Shown: in pieces, positions 36,861 to 45,806 of the stretch | How positions within the stretch are numbered: the first letter of the stretch is position 1 | How the letters are laid out: the number at the start of each line of letters is the position of its first letter | From: an uncultured archaeon | Lineage (GTDB): Archaea > Asgardarchaeota > Lokiarchaeia > Sigyniarchaeales > SOKP01 | NCBI GenBank assembly: GCA_964486045.1 | Contig: CAZALK010000021.1 | Location: 8,684 to 72,683 of the forward strand | Length of the DNA stretch: 64,000 bases | Direction: 5' to 3' | The notes under the pieces: generated by a model | Seen by the model: only the letters and a program-made list of their open reading frames with translations | Databases searched by the model: none | What the model was told of the DNA's origin: nothing | Made by a program: the position numbers and the translations under genes

Positions 36861-39800
36861 TCATTTTCTGCTTATAATCGGTAAAGAAAAGTAGAATGTA
36901 GATCCTTCATTTCTACCTTTAGATTCCACCCATATTTTTCCACCATGAAGTTCAATCATTTTTTTTGAGATATAGAGACCTAAGCCAGAGCCCTCAGAAA
37001 TCACGTCTAGACCTTTACCGTATCGTTCCACTTTCCCAAATTTTTTGAAAATTTTCGATTTTTCATGCTCCGTTAAACCAATTCCATCATCTGTTATTGA
37101 AATTATATACTGATTATCTCTAATTTCTGAATTAATTTTGATTTTCCCATTTGAGGGAGTATACTTTATAGAATTGCCTAAGAGATTTATGATTACTTCA
37201 TAGATTTTTTCCTTTTCAAATTGCGTAACCATGTTCTCTTGAATTTCTAAAATTAACTCATGTTTTCTAGTTTCTATTAACCCTTGTAAATCTTTAACAC
37301 AAAATCTTAACAAAAATGATAGATCTTCTTCTGATTTACTTAATTTAATATCTCCAGATTCTAATTTTGAAGTTTCTAAAAGGTCCTTTATTAATGATTC
37401 AAGTCGGGAACATCCCTGCTTAATTTCATGTAATACTGAGATTGTGTAGAAGTTAAGTTCATCATAATGTTGACTCAAAAGTAAATCTGCGTAACCTTTT
37501 ATTGAAACTAATGGTGTTTTTAATTCATGTGATGTTCTAGTAAGTAGGTCAGATTTTAATTTGCTGACTTCTTTTAACTCTTCCTCCACTTGTTTTTTAG
37601 AAGTTACATCTATTAAGGTTGATAGAGTTGCACTCTTTCCAAGATATATAATGGGTTTTGTAAAAATTGAGACCCATTTAACTTTCCCTAATTTTGAGTT
37701 TATTCTTAATTCTAATTGACCTACAGAATCATAAAAACCGGGTTGTCTCCCTTTAATTTTTTCAAGCATAAATGGTAGATCCTCTTTATATATGATTTTA
37801 GTTAAATTTTCTGCTCCCTGGTTGTAAATTTCTTCTATAGAATATTCAATAATTTCTGAAACGGCTTTATTTGCGAATTTTACATATCCGTCTTGTTGGA
37901 TAATTACACCAATCGAAGATTGTTCAGCTATAGTTCTAAATTGTTCTTCTGATTCCTTCAATTTTTGTTCTGTTTTTTTTCGGGTTGTTATATCTAAAAG
38001 AGAAGTTATAACTTTCGACCAAGTTGTTTCGAAACCTGGAATAATCAAAGTCCTCATATAAATGTATATTGTATCTCCTGTGAGAGTTTTTGTAACAACT
38101 TCAGATTCGTAGGTTGTATTTCCCCCTATCAAAGATAATAATTCTAGTTTATTGGTCGTGATTGCTTCTGGATTTGTAGAATGAAATGAGTCTTTTTCAA
38201 ATTGATTTTTCAAATCAAAAATTTCTTTCTTGCTTCTGGATTTGTATAACTCAACAATTTTATTATTAACATCTATTAATTTGATCTTAGAGAGACATTT
38301 AATAACTACTTCAGGATTTTCATCAAAATATTTCTCAAAAGATTTTATTCCTGAAGCTTTTAATTTATCTACATAATTTTTCATATCAGAATAATCTTGT
38401 TCTAATAAGGCAATAGGAGAATTTTCAAATAATTCTCGATATCTTTTTTCTGAATCTTTCAGTTTTTCCTCAATTTCTTTCTCTTCGGTAATATCTTTAG
38501 CGATACAGAGAATTCCTTCATTTATAGGGTATACACTCACTTCGTAATAAGCCCCACGACCATCTGGATGCGTAAAAAACTCAGTTACACGTTCAGCATT
38601 CCTATTGTTTATCACTTTTTCATATGTCTTGAAAAAAAGGGTTTTTTCAATACCAGGAAAAACATCGAAGATTTTTTGACCTAATAAATTCTCAACAGGC
38701 ATATGGACAATTTTCTCAGCGTTATTATTTACAATTATATATTCCCAATCTCTATTTAAGGCATAAACAGCATCTGTAATAGATTCGAGTAGCATTCTAT
38801 ATTGATTTGAAAGGTTCCTATATTTTTCTTCTGAGTCTTTTAATTCCTGTTCAGCTTTTATACGATCAGTTATATCAACAGCTAATGCGATTATTCCTTT
38901 TACAATTCCATTTTCATCAATATAGGGGATTTTACTAGTATTAGCCCACTTTCTACCGCTTGATGTTTCCCAAGGTTCAATGATATTAAGTTTCGGTTTT
39001 TTATTTTTTATAACTTCTAAATCATCTTCCCAATATGTTTGAGCCTCATCATAAGGATAAATTTCAGAAGCACTCTTACCTTCAATTTCTTCTTTTTTTA
39101 AGTTATGACCATCAGCCATAAATTTATTAATCCGTAAAAAATTATTTTCAGTGTCTTTATAAGCAATAACCGCTGGTATGTGATCAAAAATCACTTCTAA
39201 TTCATTAGCGAGATGTCTATACAGTATTTCTGATTCTATTAGTTTTTGCTGAGCTTTCTTGCGTTTGGTGATGTCAGTATTTACTGAAACAAGAACTTTG
39301 CCATACTCGGGATGATCAAAGACTGAAACATTAACATAGCTCCAAAATAACGTTCCGTTTTTCTTAATATTTTTAATTTCCCCATGCCATTCTCCTGTTT
39401 CTGATAATATTCCCATAATAGTTTTTTTCGTTTCCTCAGGATTTTTGTCTGTGGGTGCATTAATAATTGCGATATCTTTTCCAATCAGTTCTCCGGGATT
39501 ATAACCAAACATTTCCTCTAATGCAGGATTAGCATAGACAATTATCCCATCATCGATTCGAGCAAGTTGTACACCCTCACTGACATTTGTCATGATTTCA
39601 CTATGTAATCGTAATTCTTCCTCTCTTTCCTTGCGTTCTGTAACATCTTGGAAAGAATTGATATAAACTGTTTGATCTTCGGTTTTTTGTTCAATAGAAG
39701 TTATTAAACCCCAGAAAACTTTGCCATCCTTCCGCGTAAATTTGGCTTCAAAATCTTTTACTAGCCCTTGTTCATGTAATATAATAAATCTTTCTCTATC

Positions 39801-41522
39801 CTTTGGATCGCTATACCGAGTTAAAACGGGTAATTTTAGGAACTCTTCCTTTGAATTTATACCGAAAACCTTGAAAGCTTGTGAATTACATTCAACGACC
39901 CTTCCTTCGGGCGTGGTGATGGAAATTCCAACGGGAACGGCTTCAATCAAATCTATTAATCTTTTCTCCGACTCTCTGATCTTATCTTCGGCTTTTTTCT
40001 TCTCAGTAATATCTCTATTGGTAGCTACAATGCCAATTCGATTCCCGTCATCATCTTTAATTAAAGAAACAGATGATAGAATATCAATAAGTGTACCATC
40101 CTTATGTTGTTGAATTACTTCACCCTTCCAAAATCCTTCCTTAAGAATTCGGTTCAAATTAACCTCTTTATTACCGTTTGGGTATGCTAACGGAATTATT
40201 TCTGATAAGGTCTTCCCAATTACTTCTTTTGCCTTCCAGCCATATATTAATTCAGCAGCTTTATTCCAAGATACTATTTTAAAGCTTAAATCAGTAGAAA
40301 TAATCCCATCAGATACATTTTCAACAAGTTTTGCTTGATATCTTAATCTCTCCTCTGATTTTTTACTCCATGAAATATCTGACCAAAAACCGACTAATTC
40401 AACCGGATTTCTTTTTTCATCAGTAATCAGTTTAATCTCATTTCGCATCCAATGATGGTTTCCATCTTTAAACTTGAATCTATATTCAAACCCTAAATTT
40501 TTCTCCTTTGATATTTTTGAAAGTCTTAACAGTACGAAATCTTTATCATCTGGATGAATATTCTTTAACCATAATTCAGAATCCTCAACAAATTCTTCAG
40601 CTGAATACCCAGTTAAATTCTTTACATTTTTACTAAAAAAAGTTCCACTATAATCCCCTGATGGTTTGGAAGTGTAAAAAATTGTAGGTCCCGATGATGT
40701 CAAATAATCTAATTTATCCTTTAAATTTTTTAACCTTAGCTCAGCCGTTTTACGTCTTGAAATATTCACAACTATAGAACGTGACTCTATTAATTTATGT
40801 TCTTGATCCAGGATTGGATTCACTGTTAAACTTATCCAAACAAGTTCACCATTTTTTTTTTGCATTTGGAGTTCTTCATCTTGAATTATTTCCCCTTTTA
40901 ACAAGCCATTAAATAATCTTTTAGCTTTAGAAATGCCATTGGCATTTTTTCCATATAAGTCTAGGTCTTTCATTTCTAATAATTCTTCTTTTGAATAACC
41001 TAAGAGATTCTCGGCTGCTTTATTAAATCTTTGAATTGATTTATCAGCACCTATGGAGAAGTAGGCATTTGGAGCATTTTCATACAAATCCTGATAAAGC
41101 TCTTCTGATACTTTTAAATAATTTTCCATTTTTCTCTGCTCAATGATTTCTGTAAAATCTTTTAAAATTATCAAGAATTTAACGGTTCTGTTATAATCGA
41201 CGGTTTTTTGTACATAAAATTCAAAAATCTTGACAACCCCAAGTTTATGTTTGAATTTTAACCGAGTCGAATCTGTTTTATTATCAGGACAATTCTTTAA
41301 CGTATAAATAGCTACTTCGAGATCTTCCTCATATATAAAATCTAATAAAGAATTTCCTTGTAATTCATCATTAGAATATCCCAGCAACTTCAAAAGAGGT
41401 AATTGACTCGCGTATTCGACCACATAATCCTGATTTATAATAAAAAGTGGTTCATCTATACTTTCTGTTATCATTTCAAAAGATTCTTCAAAAATCCTTA
41501 ATTTTTCTTGTACTTCGACCAA
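36861..41522 (-). CDS. Giant multi-PAS sensor histidine kinase (paralog family A)
   Basis: 1553-aa ORF with a TTG start. It has about 10 PAS/PAC modules and the same kinase core as 33433..36555 and 27003..28517 (TSHELKTPLVSIKGYADLLL; GSGLGLYISKKMIELHGGKIWVESKGRNEG). Confidence 0.85.
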   Translation of the reverse strand: MVEVQEKLRIFEESFEMITESIDEPLFIINQDYVVEYASQLPLLKLLGYSNDELQGNSLLDFIYEEDLEVAIYTLKNCPDNKTDSTRLKFKHKLGVVKIFEFYVQKTVDYNRTVKFLIILKDFTEIIEQRKMENYLKVSEELYQDLYENAPNAYFSIGADKSIQRFNKAAENLLGYSKEELLEMKDLDLYGKNANGISKAKRLFNGLLKGEIIQDEELQMQKKNGELVWISLTVNPILDQEHKLIESRSIVVNISRRKTAELRLKNLKDKLDYLTSSGPTIFYTSKPSGDYSGTFFSKNVKNLTGYSAEEFVEDSELWLKNIHPDDKDFVLLRLSKISKEKNLGFEYRFKFKDGNHHWMRNEIKLITDEKRNPVELVGFWSDISWSKKSEERLRYQAKLVENVSDGIISTDLSFKIVSWNKAAELIYGWKAKEVIGKTLSEIIPLAYPNGNKEVNLNRILKEGFWKGEVIQQHKDGTLIDILSSVSLIKDDDGNRIGIVATNRDITEKKKAEDKIRESEKRLIDLIEAVPVGISITTPEGRVVECNSQAFKVFGINSKEEFLKLPVLTRYSDPKDRERFIILHEQGLVKDFEAKFTRKDGKVFWGLITSIEQKTEDQTVYINSFQDVTERKEREEELRLHSEIMTNVSEGVQLARIDDGIIVYANPALEEMFGYNPGELIGKDIAIINAPTDKNPEETKKTIMGILSETGEWHGEIKNIKKNGTLFWSYVNVSVFDHPEYGKVLVSVNTDITKRKKAQQKLIESEILYRHLANELEVIFDHIPAVIAYKDTENNFLRINKFMADGHNLKKEEIEGKSASEIYPYDEAQTYWEDDLEVIKNKKPKLNIIEPWETSSGRKWANTSKIPYIDENGIVKGIIALAVDITDRIKAEQELKDSEEKYRNLSNQYRMLLESITDAVYALNRDWEYIIVNNNAEKIVHMPVENLLGQKIFDVFPGIEKTLFFKTYEKVINNRNAERVTEFFTHPDGRGAYYEVSVYPINEGILCIAKDITEEKEIEEKLKDSEKRYRELFENSPIALLEQDYSDMKNYVDKLKASGIKSFEKYFDENPEVVIKCLSKIKLIDVNNKIVELYKSRSKKEIFDLKNQFEKDSFHSTNPEAITTNKLELLSLIGGNTTYESEVVTKTLTGDTIYIYMRTLIIPGFETTWSKVITSLLDITTRKKTEQKLKESEEQFRTIAEQSSIGVIIQQDGYVKFANKAVSEIIEYSIEEIYNQGAENLTKIIYKEDLPFMLEKIKGRQPGFYDSVGQLELRINSKLGKVKWVSIFTKPIIYLGKSATLSTLIDVTSKKQVEEELKEVSKLKSDLLTRTSHELKTPLVSIKGYADLLLSQHYDELNFYTISVLHEIKQGCSRLESLIKDLLETSKLESGDIKLSKSEEDLSFLLRFCVKDLQGLIETRKHELILEIQENMVTQFEKEKIYEVIINLLGNSIKYTPSNGKIKINSEIRDNQYIISITDDGIGLTEHEKSKIFKKFGKVERYGKGLDVISEGSGLGLYISKKMIELHGGKIWVESKGRNEGSTFYFSLPIISRK

Positions 41523-41590
41523 GATTTCTCAACCTCAACTAATTTCAATAAAGATAGGTAAAAAATGATATCTGATAATTATATCAATAA

Positions 41591-41623
41591 CTAACAAAAG
41601 TATTTGTATTTAACACTTTGGTT
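41591..41623 (-). promoter_or_regulatory. Conserved 33-nt upstream motif containing a TATA-like TTAAATA (sense strand)
   Basis: The sequence is ctaacaaaagtatttgtatttaacactttggtt. The heptamer lies 85-91 nt upstream of the start at 41522. It is the paralogous copy of 36623..36655. Confidence 0.4.
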
Positions 41624-41678
41624 AAAGGCTTATCTAGGTAAAAGCTATTTAAATGGATATTCAAAAGTGTATTAATCT

Positions 41679-42614
41679 TTATTCTATGCCATAAACTTGG
41701 TGAGGTACGAGATATTTTGGAAATTTATCAATTAATCTTAGTCTGGTGGTAAAACATAGATGACATTCATCAACATACTTTTTTTCATGTTCTATATCAT
41801 ATTCTCTAACTAATTGAGCTGGACCTCCTCTAATTAGGGGTCCGCATATCGGGTGAGACTCAGCATCATAACCATCAATCAAATCTGATAGTGGAGTCTT
41901 CCAAAAGTTTCCAATGCTTAGACCTTGACAAATATGTGCATTTCCAAAAGAATCTAAATGAATTCTTCCGAGTTCCTTAAAATCTTCATGTGGGCATTCA
42001 ATTAATTCATCCCATGGTCTCTTGGGTAAACCTTTAATCAACTTTTCAACGGATCTTCCTTTAAACATCGCTCCTCCACCTATTACAGGATTTCCTTTTA
42101 CTTGATCCTTTTCAGTTTTAACTGTAGGTTTATCAATACAAATTGTTAAAACAGGTAATTTAAGATTTTCAGCTGCCTTTTTTGCATTTTTCGATAAATT
42201 TTCTTTTTCATTTTCGTAATGGAATGTGTCATCGCTTACACTAAAATCATCTATGCCAGATTCTGAAAAAGATTTAAGCCAGATTTCTGCATCCTCAATA
42301 CTAGTTGCCCAAAATGAATTGGTTACTATTCCGGTTTTAAATCCATGTTTTTTTGCAAGCTTCACCCCTTCGATCATTATAGGATAATACAGAAATGGTT
42401 CATCTCCTTCGAAATAAATCCACTCAACTGTCCCAATTTTCTTCACTTCATTGATAACACTTCTAATTTGTTCTAAAGTGAACGTCCCTTTAGTACTTGG
42501 ACTGCAGTATAAAAAACAATGATCACATGCATAATTACATGCATATATTAATAAAAAATGGATACCTTTCAACATTTTTGCTTTCACGAATGATGTTATT
42601 TTTATGTCAATCAA
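41679..42614 (-). CDS. Radical SAM protein with a Cys-rich C-terminal (SPASM/twitch-like?) region
   Basis: 311-aa ORF. The CX3CX2C motif is IYACNYACDHCF. Later Cys residues occur in ECPHEDF, HICQG, HPICGP and DECHLCF. Met14 (MLKGIHF...) is an alternative start. Confidence 0.7.
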   Translation of the reverse strand: MIDIKITSFVKAKMLKGIHFLLIYACNYACDHCFLYCSPSTKGTFTLEQIRSVINEVKKIGTVEWIYFEGDEPFLYYPIMIEGVKLAKKHGFKTGIVTNSFWATSIEDAEIWLKSFSESGIDDFSVSDDTFHYENEKENLSKNAKKAAENLKLPVLTICIDKPTVKTEKDQVKGNPVIGGGAMFKGRSVEKLIKGLPKRPWDELIECPHEDFKELGRIHLDSFGNAHICQGLSIGNFWKTPLSDLIDGYDAESHPICGPLIRGGPAQLVREYDIEHEKKYVDECHLCFTTRLRLIDKFPKYLVPHQVYGIE

Positions 42615-42704
42615 TTTTCATTCTTAAATAAAATTATTTAATTAATTTTCATTAAGTCTCATAGAATTAAAACTAAAAAAAATGATTTTAATGGGATCAA
42701 TAAT

Positions 42705-43895
42705 ATGATAGAATTTACAGAAGAGCAAGAATTAATACGAGAAAGTGTAAAAGAATTTGCTCAAAAGAAAATTGCTCCAATCGCACTTGACATGGAGAAG
42801 AACAAAAAAATACCAGATGATATTATCAAAGGTATGGCAGAATTAGGTTTACTTGCATGTACAGCTGATCCTGCTTATGGTGGCTCTGGATTAAATGCCG
42901 TTACTGCTGGAGTAATAGCCGAAGAATTAGCTAAAGGAGACTGTACTGGTTCAACATGCGTATTTTACTTAGTTCAAGCCGCATGGGGATATCTACTTAA
43001 CAAATATGGCACCGAGGAAGCTAAAAAAGAAATATTTCCAAAGGCAACTAGCGGTGATTGGTTTCTCGGAATAGCTACAACAGAAAGTGGCGGTGGTACT
43101 GATGTTGTTGGGGGAAAGACTACCATAAAGAAAGATGGGGATTCATTTATTGTTAATGGAGAAAAAATGTATATTAGTGGTGTTAGAGAAGCTGTAACCA
43201 ATGGTGGAGGGCACATTACTATTGCTCATCAATCTCCGGAGTTGGGTTCAAGGGGTATGACGGTATTCTACCTACCTTTAACAGTTGAAGGAATTACACC
43301 TACCTACATTGATGATTTAGGTCGAGAAGGAATCTCTTGTGGTGGGTTTTCAATTGATAACGTAAAAATCCCTCAACATTATATACTCGGTGAAGAAAAT
43401 AAGGGTTTCTATATTATCCATGAAGGGTATGAATATGCGAGAGCTTTGATTGCAGTTATTTGCGCTGCTGCTGGATTGAAATCACTAGAAAATGGAATGA
43501 ATTATGTGAAAGAAAGAAAGGTGTTTGGAAAACCTTTGGCAAAATTCCAAGAAATAAACTTTAGATTAGCAGAACACTATACAAAGTTAGAAATGCTGAA
43601 AAGGTTGGGCTATGAAGCGTTAAGAGCTATTGATTTGGAACAAGAAGGAAAAGGAAATAGGTTTGAAACAAGTAAAATTGTAGCAATGTCAAAAATGTTT
43701 GCTTCTGATTGGGCCTGTGAAGCAATTAACGATGTTATTCAATGGCAAGGAGCTTTTGGATATTCTAGAGAATGCCCTGATCAAGCAGCTTGGCGAGCTG
43801 TTAGGTCGTTTTCATTAGCTGAAGGCACGCGTGAAGTTATGAAAATGATTGTAGCAAGAGAGCTTCTTGGAAAGGAATTGACATCATATAAATAA
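42705..43895 (+). CDS. Acyl-CoA dehydrogenase (short/medium-chain or butyryl-CoA dehydrogenase-like)
   Basis: 396-aa ORF. It has FTEEQELIRESVKEFAQKKIAP, TESGGGTDV, NGEKMYISG, YEYARALIA, ERKVFGKPLAKFQ and the C-terminal EGTREVMKMIVAREL, which contains the catalytic-Glu region. Confidence 0.85.
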   Translation: MIEFTEEQELIRESVKEFAQKKIAPIALDMEKNKKIPDDIIKGMAELGLLACTADPAYGGSGLNAVTAGVIAEELAKGDCTGSTCVFYLVQAAWGYLLNKYGTEEAKKEIFPKATSGDWFLGIATTESGGGTDVVGGKTTIKKDGDSFIVNGEKMYISGVREAVTNGGGHITIAHQSPELGSRGMTVFYLPLTVEGITPTYIDDLGREGISCGGFSIDNVKIPQHYILGEENKGFYIIHEGYEYARALIAVICAAAGLKSLENGMNYVKERKVFGKPLAKFQEINFRLAEHYTKLEMLKRLGYEALRAIDLEQEGKGNRFETSKIVAMSKMFASDWACEAINDVIQWQGAFGYSRECPDQAAWRAVRSFSLAEGTREVMKMIVARELLGKELTSYK

Positions 43896-43981
43896 TATCA
43901 ATAACTTTTTTTTATATTTTTAATAGTATTTAAATTAATCTTGAAAAGATTAAGTGTTTCTAAAAAGAAATTTTCATAATT

Positions 43982-44767
43982 ATGAGATTTATTGTATGTG
44001 TTAAGCAAGTTCCTGAAACAAACGACCTTAAATTTGATCCAGATACAAATAAAGTATTGCAAGAAGGAGTGTCAACAATTATCAACCCGTTCGACCAGTT
44101 TATTTTAGAGGAAGCAATTAAAATAAAACAGGAAGGAGATGAAATTATTGCCATTTCTATTGGGGATGCTGAGACAAAAAGTACATTAATGAGATGTTTT
44201 GCATTAGGTGCGGATAAGGGGATCCTACTAGATGATGATAATTTTCAGAATTCCGATACTTTTGCTACAGCTAATATCCTAGCAACTACGATAAATAAAA
44301 TCGGTGAGTATAATATTATTTTTTGTGGGAATTCATCTTTTGACACTGGATCAAGCCAGGTTGGGCCTGAATTAGCTGCAATATTAAATATTCCTCAGGT
44401 AACCTATGCCGAAAGCGTTGAGAATGTTGAAAATGGGAAGATAAAAATAAAAACCCAAACAGATGAGGGTTATAGGATAATAGAAGCAGAGCTTCCATTA
44501 GTTATTGCTGGGATTCCACCTTCGTCATTTCAACCTCGCATCCCACCATTACCAAAAATATTAGCTGCTCGGAAGAAACCATTTGAAGTTTGGAAATTGG
44601 AGGACATCGAAGCTGACAAAACTAAATTTGGTTCAGATGGATCGTTAATCAAGATAATTAAACTTTATAAACCCCTGAAGCGAGAAGAAGGGATAATTAT
44701 TACCGATGAACCACAAACCGCTGTAGAGAAGTTAATGGATTTATTAGGCAAGGATAAGGTGATCTAA
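43982..44767 (+). CDS. etfB: Electron transfer flavoprotein, beta subunit
   Basis: 261-aa ORF. It has MRFIVCVKQVPE, NPFDQFILEEAIKIK, GADKGILL, GNSSFDTGSSQVGPELAAILNIPQVTY and the C-terminal region. Confidence 0.85.
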   Translation: MRFIVCVKQVPETNDLKFDPDTNKVLQEGVSTIINPFDQFILEEAIKIKQEGDEIIAISIGDAETKSTLMRCFALGADKGILLDDDNFQNSDTFATANILATTINKIGEYNIIFCGNSSFDTGSSQVGPELAAILNIPQVTYAESVENVENGKIKIKTQTDEGYRIIEAELPLVIAGIPPSSFQPRIPPLPKILAARKKPFEVWKLEDIEADKTKFGSDGSLIKIIKLYKPLKREEGIIITDEPQTAVEKLMDLLGKDKVI

Positions 44768-44844
44768 TTATCACAAAAAGTAAAGATATTTGGGTATATG
44801 TAGAAATTAAGAAATCAAATATTAGGGGAGTTACCTTTGAATTA

Positions 44845-45771
44845 TTGGGGAAGGCTAAAGAATTAGCAGAAAATTCTGTCAATAAAGTATGTATGATTAT
44901 TCTTGGAAGAGATTGTTCAAGGTTCTGTGAAGAACTTTCTTATCATAATATAGATAAAATATATTTATGTGAAAATGAAATATTGGAGGATTACCTAACT
45001 GAAACATATTCTCCTATTCTAATTAACCTAATTAAAAAATATACACCAAATATACTATTATTTCCAGCAACCAAAATTGGGAGAGATTTAGCTCCAAGAG
45101 TTGCAGCATCATTGGAAACAGGCTTAACAGCAGACTGTGTTGACTTGAAAGTTCAAGATGGAAATTTAGTGCAGACTCGTTCTGTTTATGGTGGTAATTA
45201 CTTAGCAGATATAATCTGCCCAGACAGAAGACCTCAAATCACATCAGTAAGACCAAATGTTATGGAAAAATCTGAACCAACTGAGAAGAATCAACCTGAA
45301 ATTATAAATTTTCCATTGGAATTAGATTTAGACCAGCTTAAAACAAGAGTAATTGAAGAAATCAAAACAACAACATTAGATGTAAAACCTATTGATGAAG
45401 CTGATATTATCGTATCTGGGGGTAGGGGTATCGGGAGTAAAGAAAATTTTAGATTAATTGAGGAATTAGCAGAAGTATTAAATGCAGCAGTTGGTGCTAG
45501 CAGAGCATCTGTAGATGCAGGATGGATTTCAAAATCATGTCAAGTGGGACAAAGTGGTACAGTAGTTTGCCCTAACATCTATATAGCATGTGGTATATCA
45601 GGAACAACTCAACATTTAGTAGGTATGAGGAGTAGTAAGAGGATTATTGCCATAAACAAGGACCCCAATGCTCCTATATTTGATGTGTGTGATTATGGTA
45701 TTGTAGGTGACTTCAAAGTTATTGTCCCCCTATTAACTGAAGGTTTTAGAAAAAAATTAGCCAAAGATTAA
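44845..45771 (+). CDS. etfA: Electron transfer flavoprotein, alpha subunit (called start is probably too far downstream)
   Basis: 308-aa ORF from TTG 44845. The FAD-binding block is VSGGRGIGSKENF...AAVGASRASVDAGW...QVGQSGTVVCPNIYIACGISGTTQHLVGM. In-frame sequence upstream (44767..44844: IITKSKDIWVYVEIKKSNIRGVTFELL) matches the usual EtfA N-terminus but contains no ATG, GTG or TTG. Confidence 0.8.
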   Translation: MGKAKELAENSVNKVCMIILGRDCSRFCEELSYHNIDKIYLCENEILEDYLTETYSPILINLIKKYTPNILLFPATKIGRDLAPRVAASLETGLTADCVDLKVQDGNLVQTRSVYGGNYLADIICPDRRPQITSVRPNVMEKSEPTEKNQPEIINFPLELDLDQLKTRVIEEIKTTTLDVKPIDEADIIVSGGRGIGSKENFRLIEELAEVLNAAVGASRASVDAGWISKSCQVGQSGTVVCPNIYIACGISGTTQHLVGMRSSKRIIAINKDPNAPIFDVCDYGIVGDFKVIVPLLTEGFRKKLAKD

Positions 45772-45806
45772 TTCAGATATTACTAAATCTAATTAAATTG
45801 TTTATT

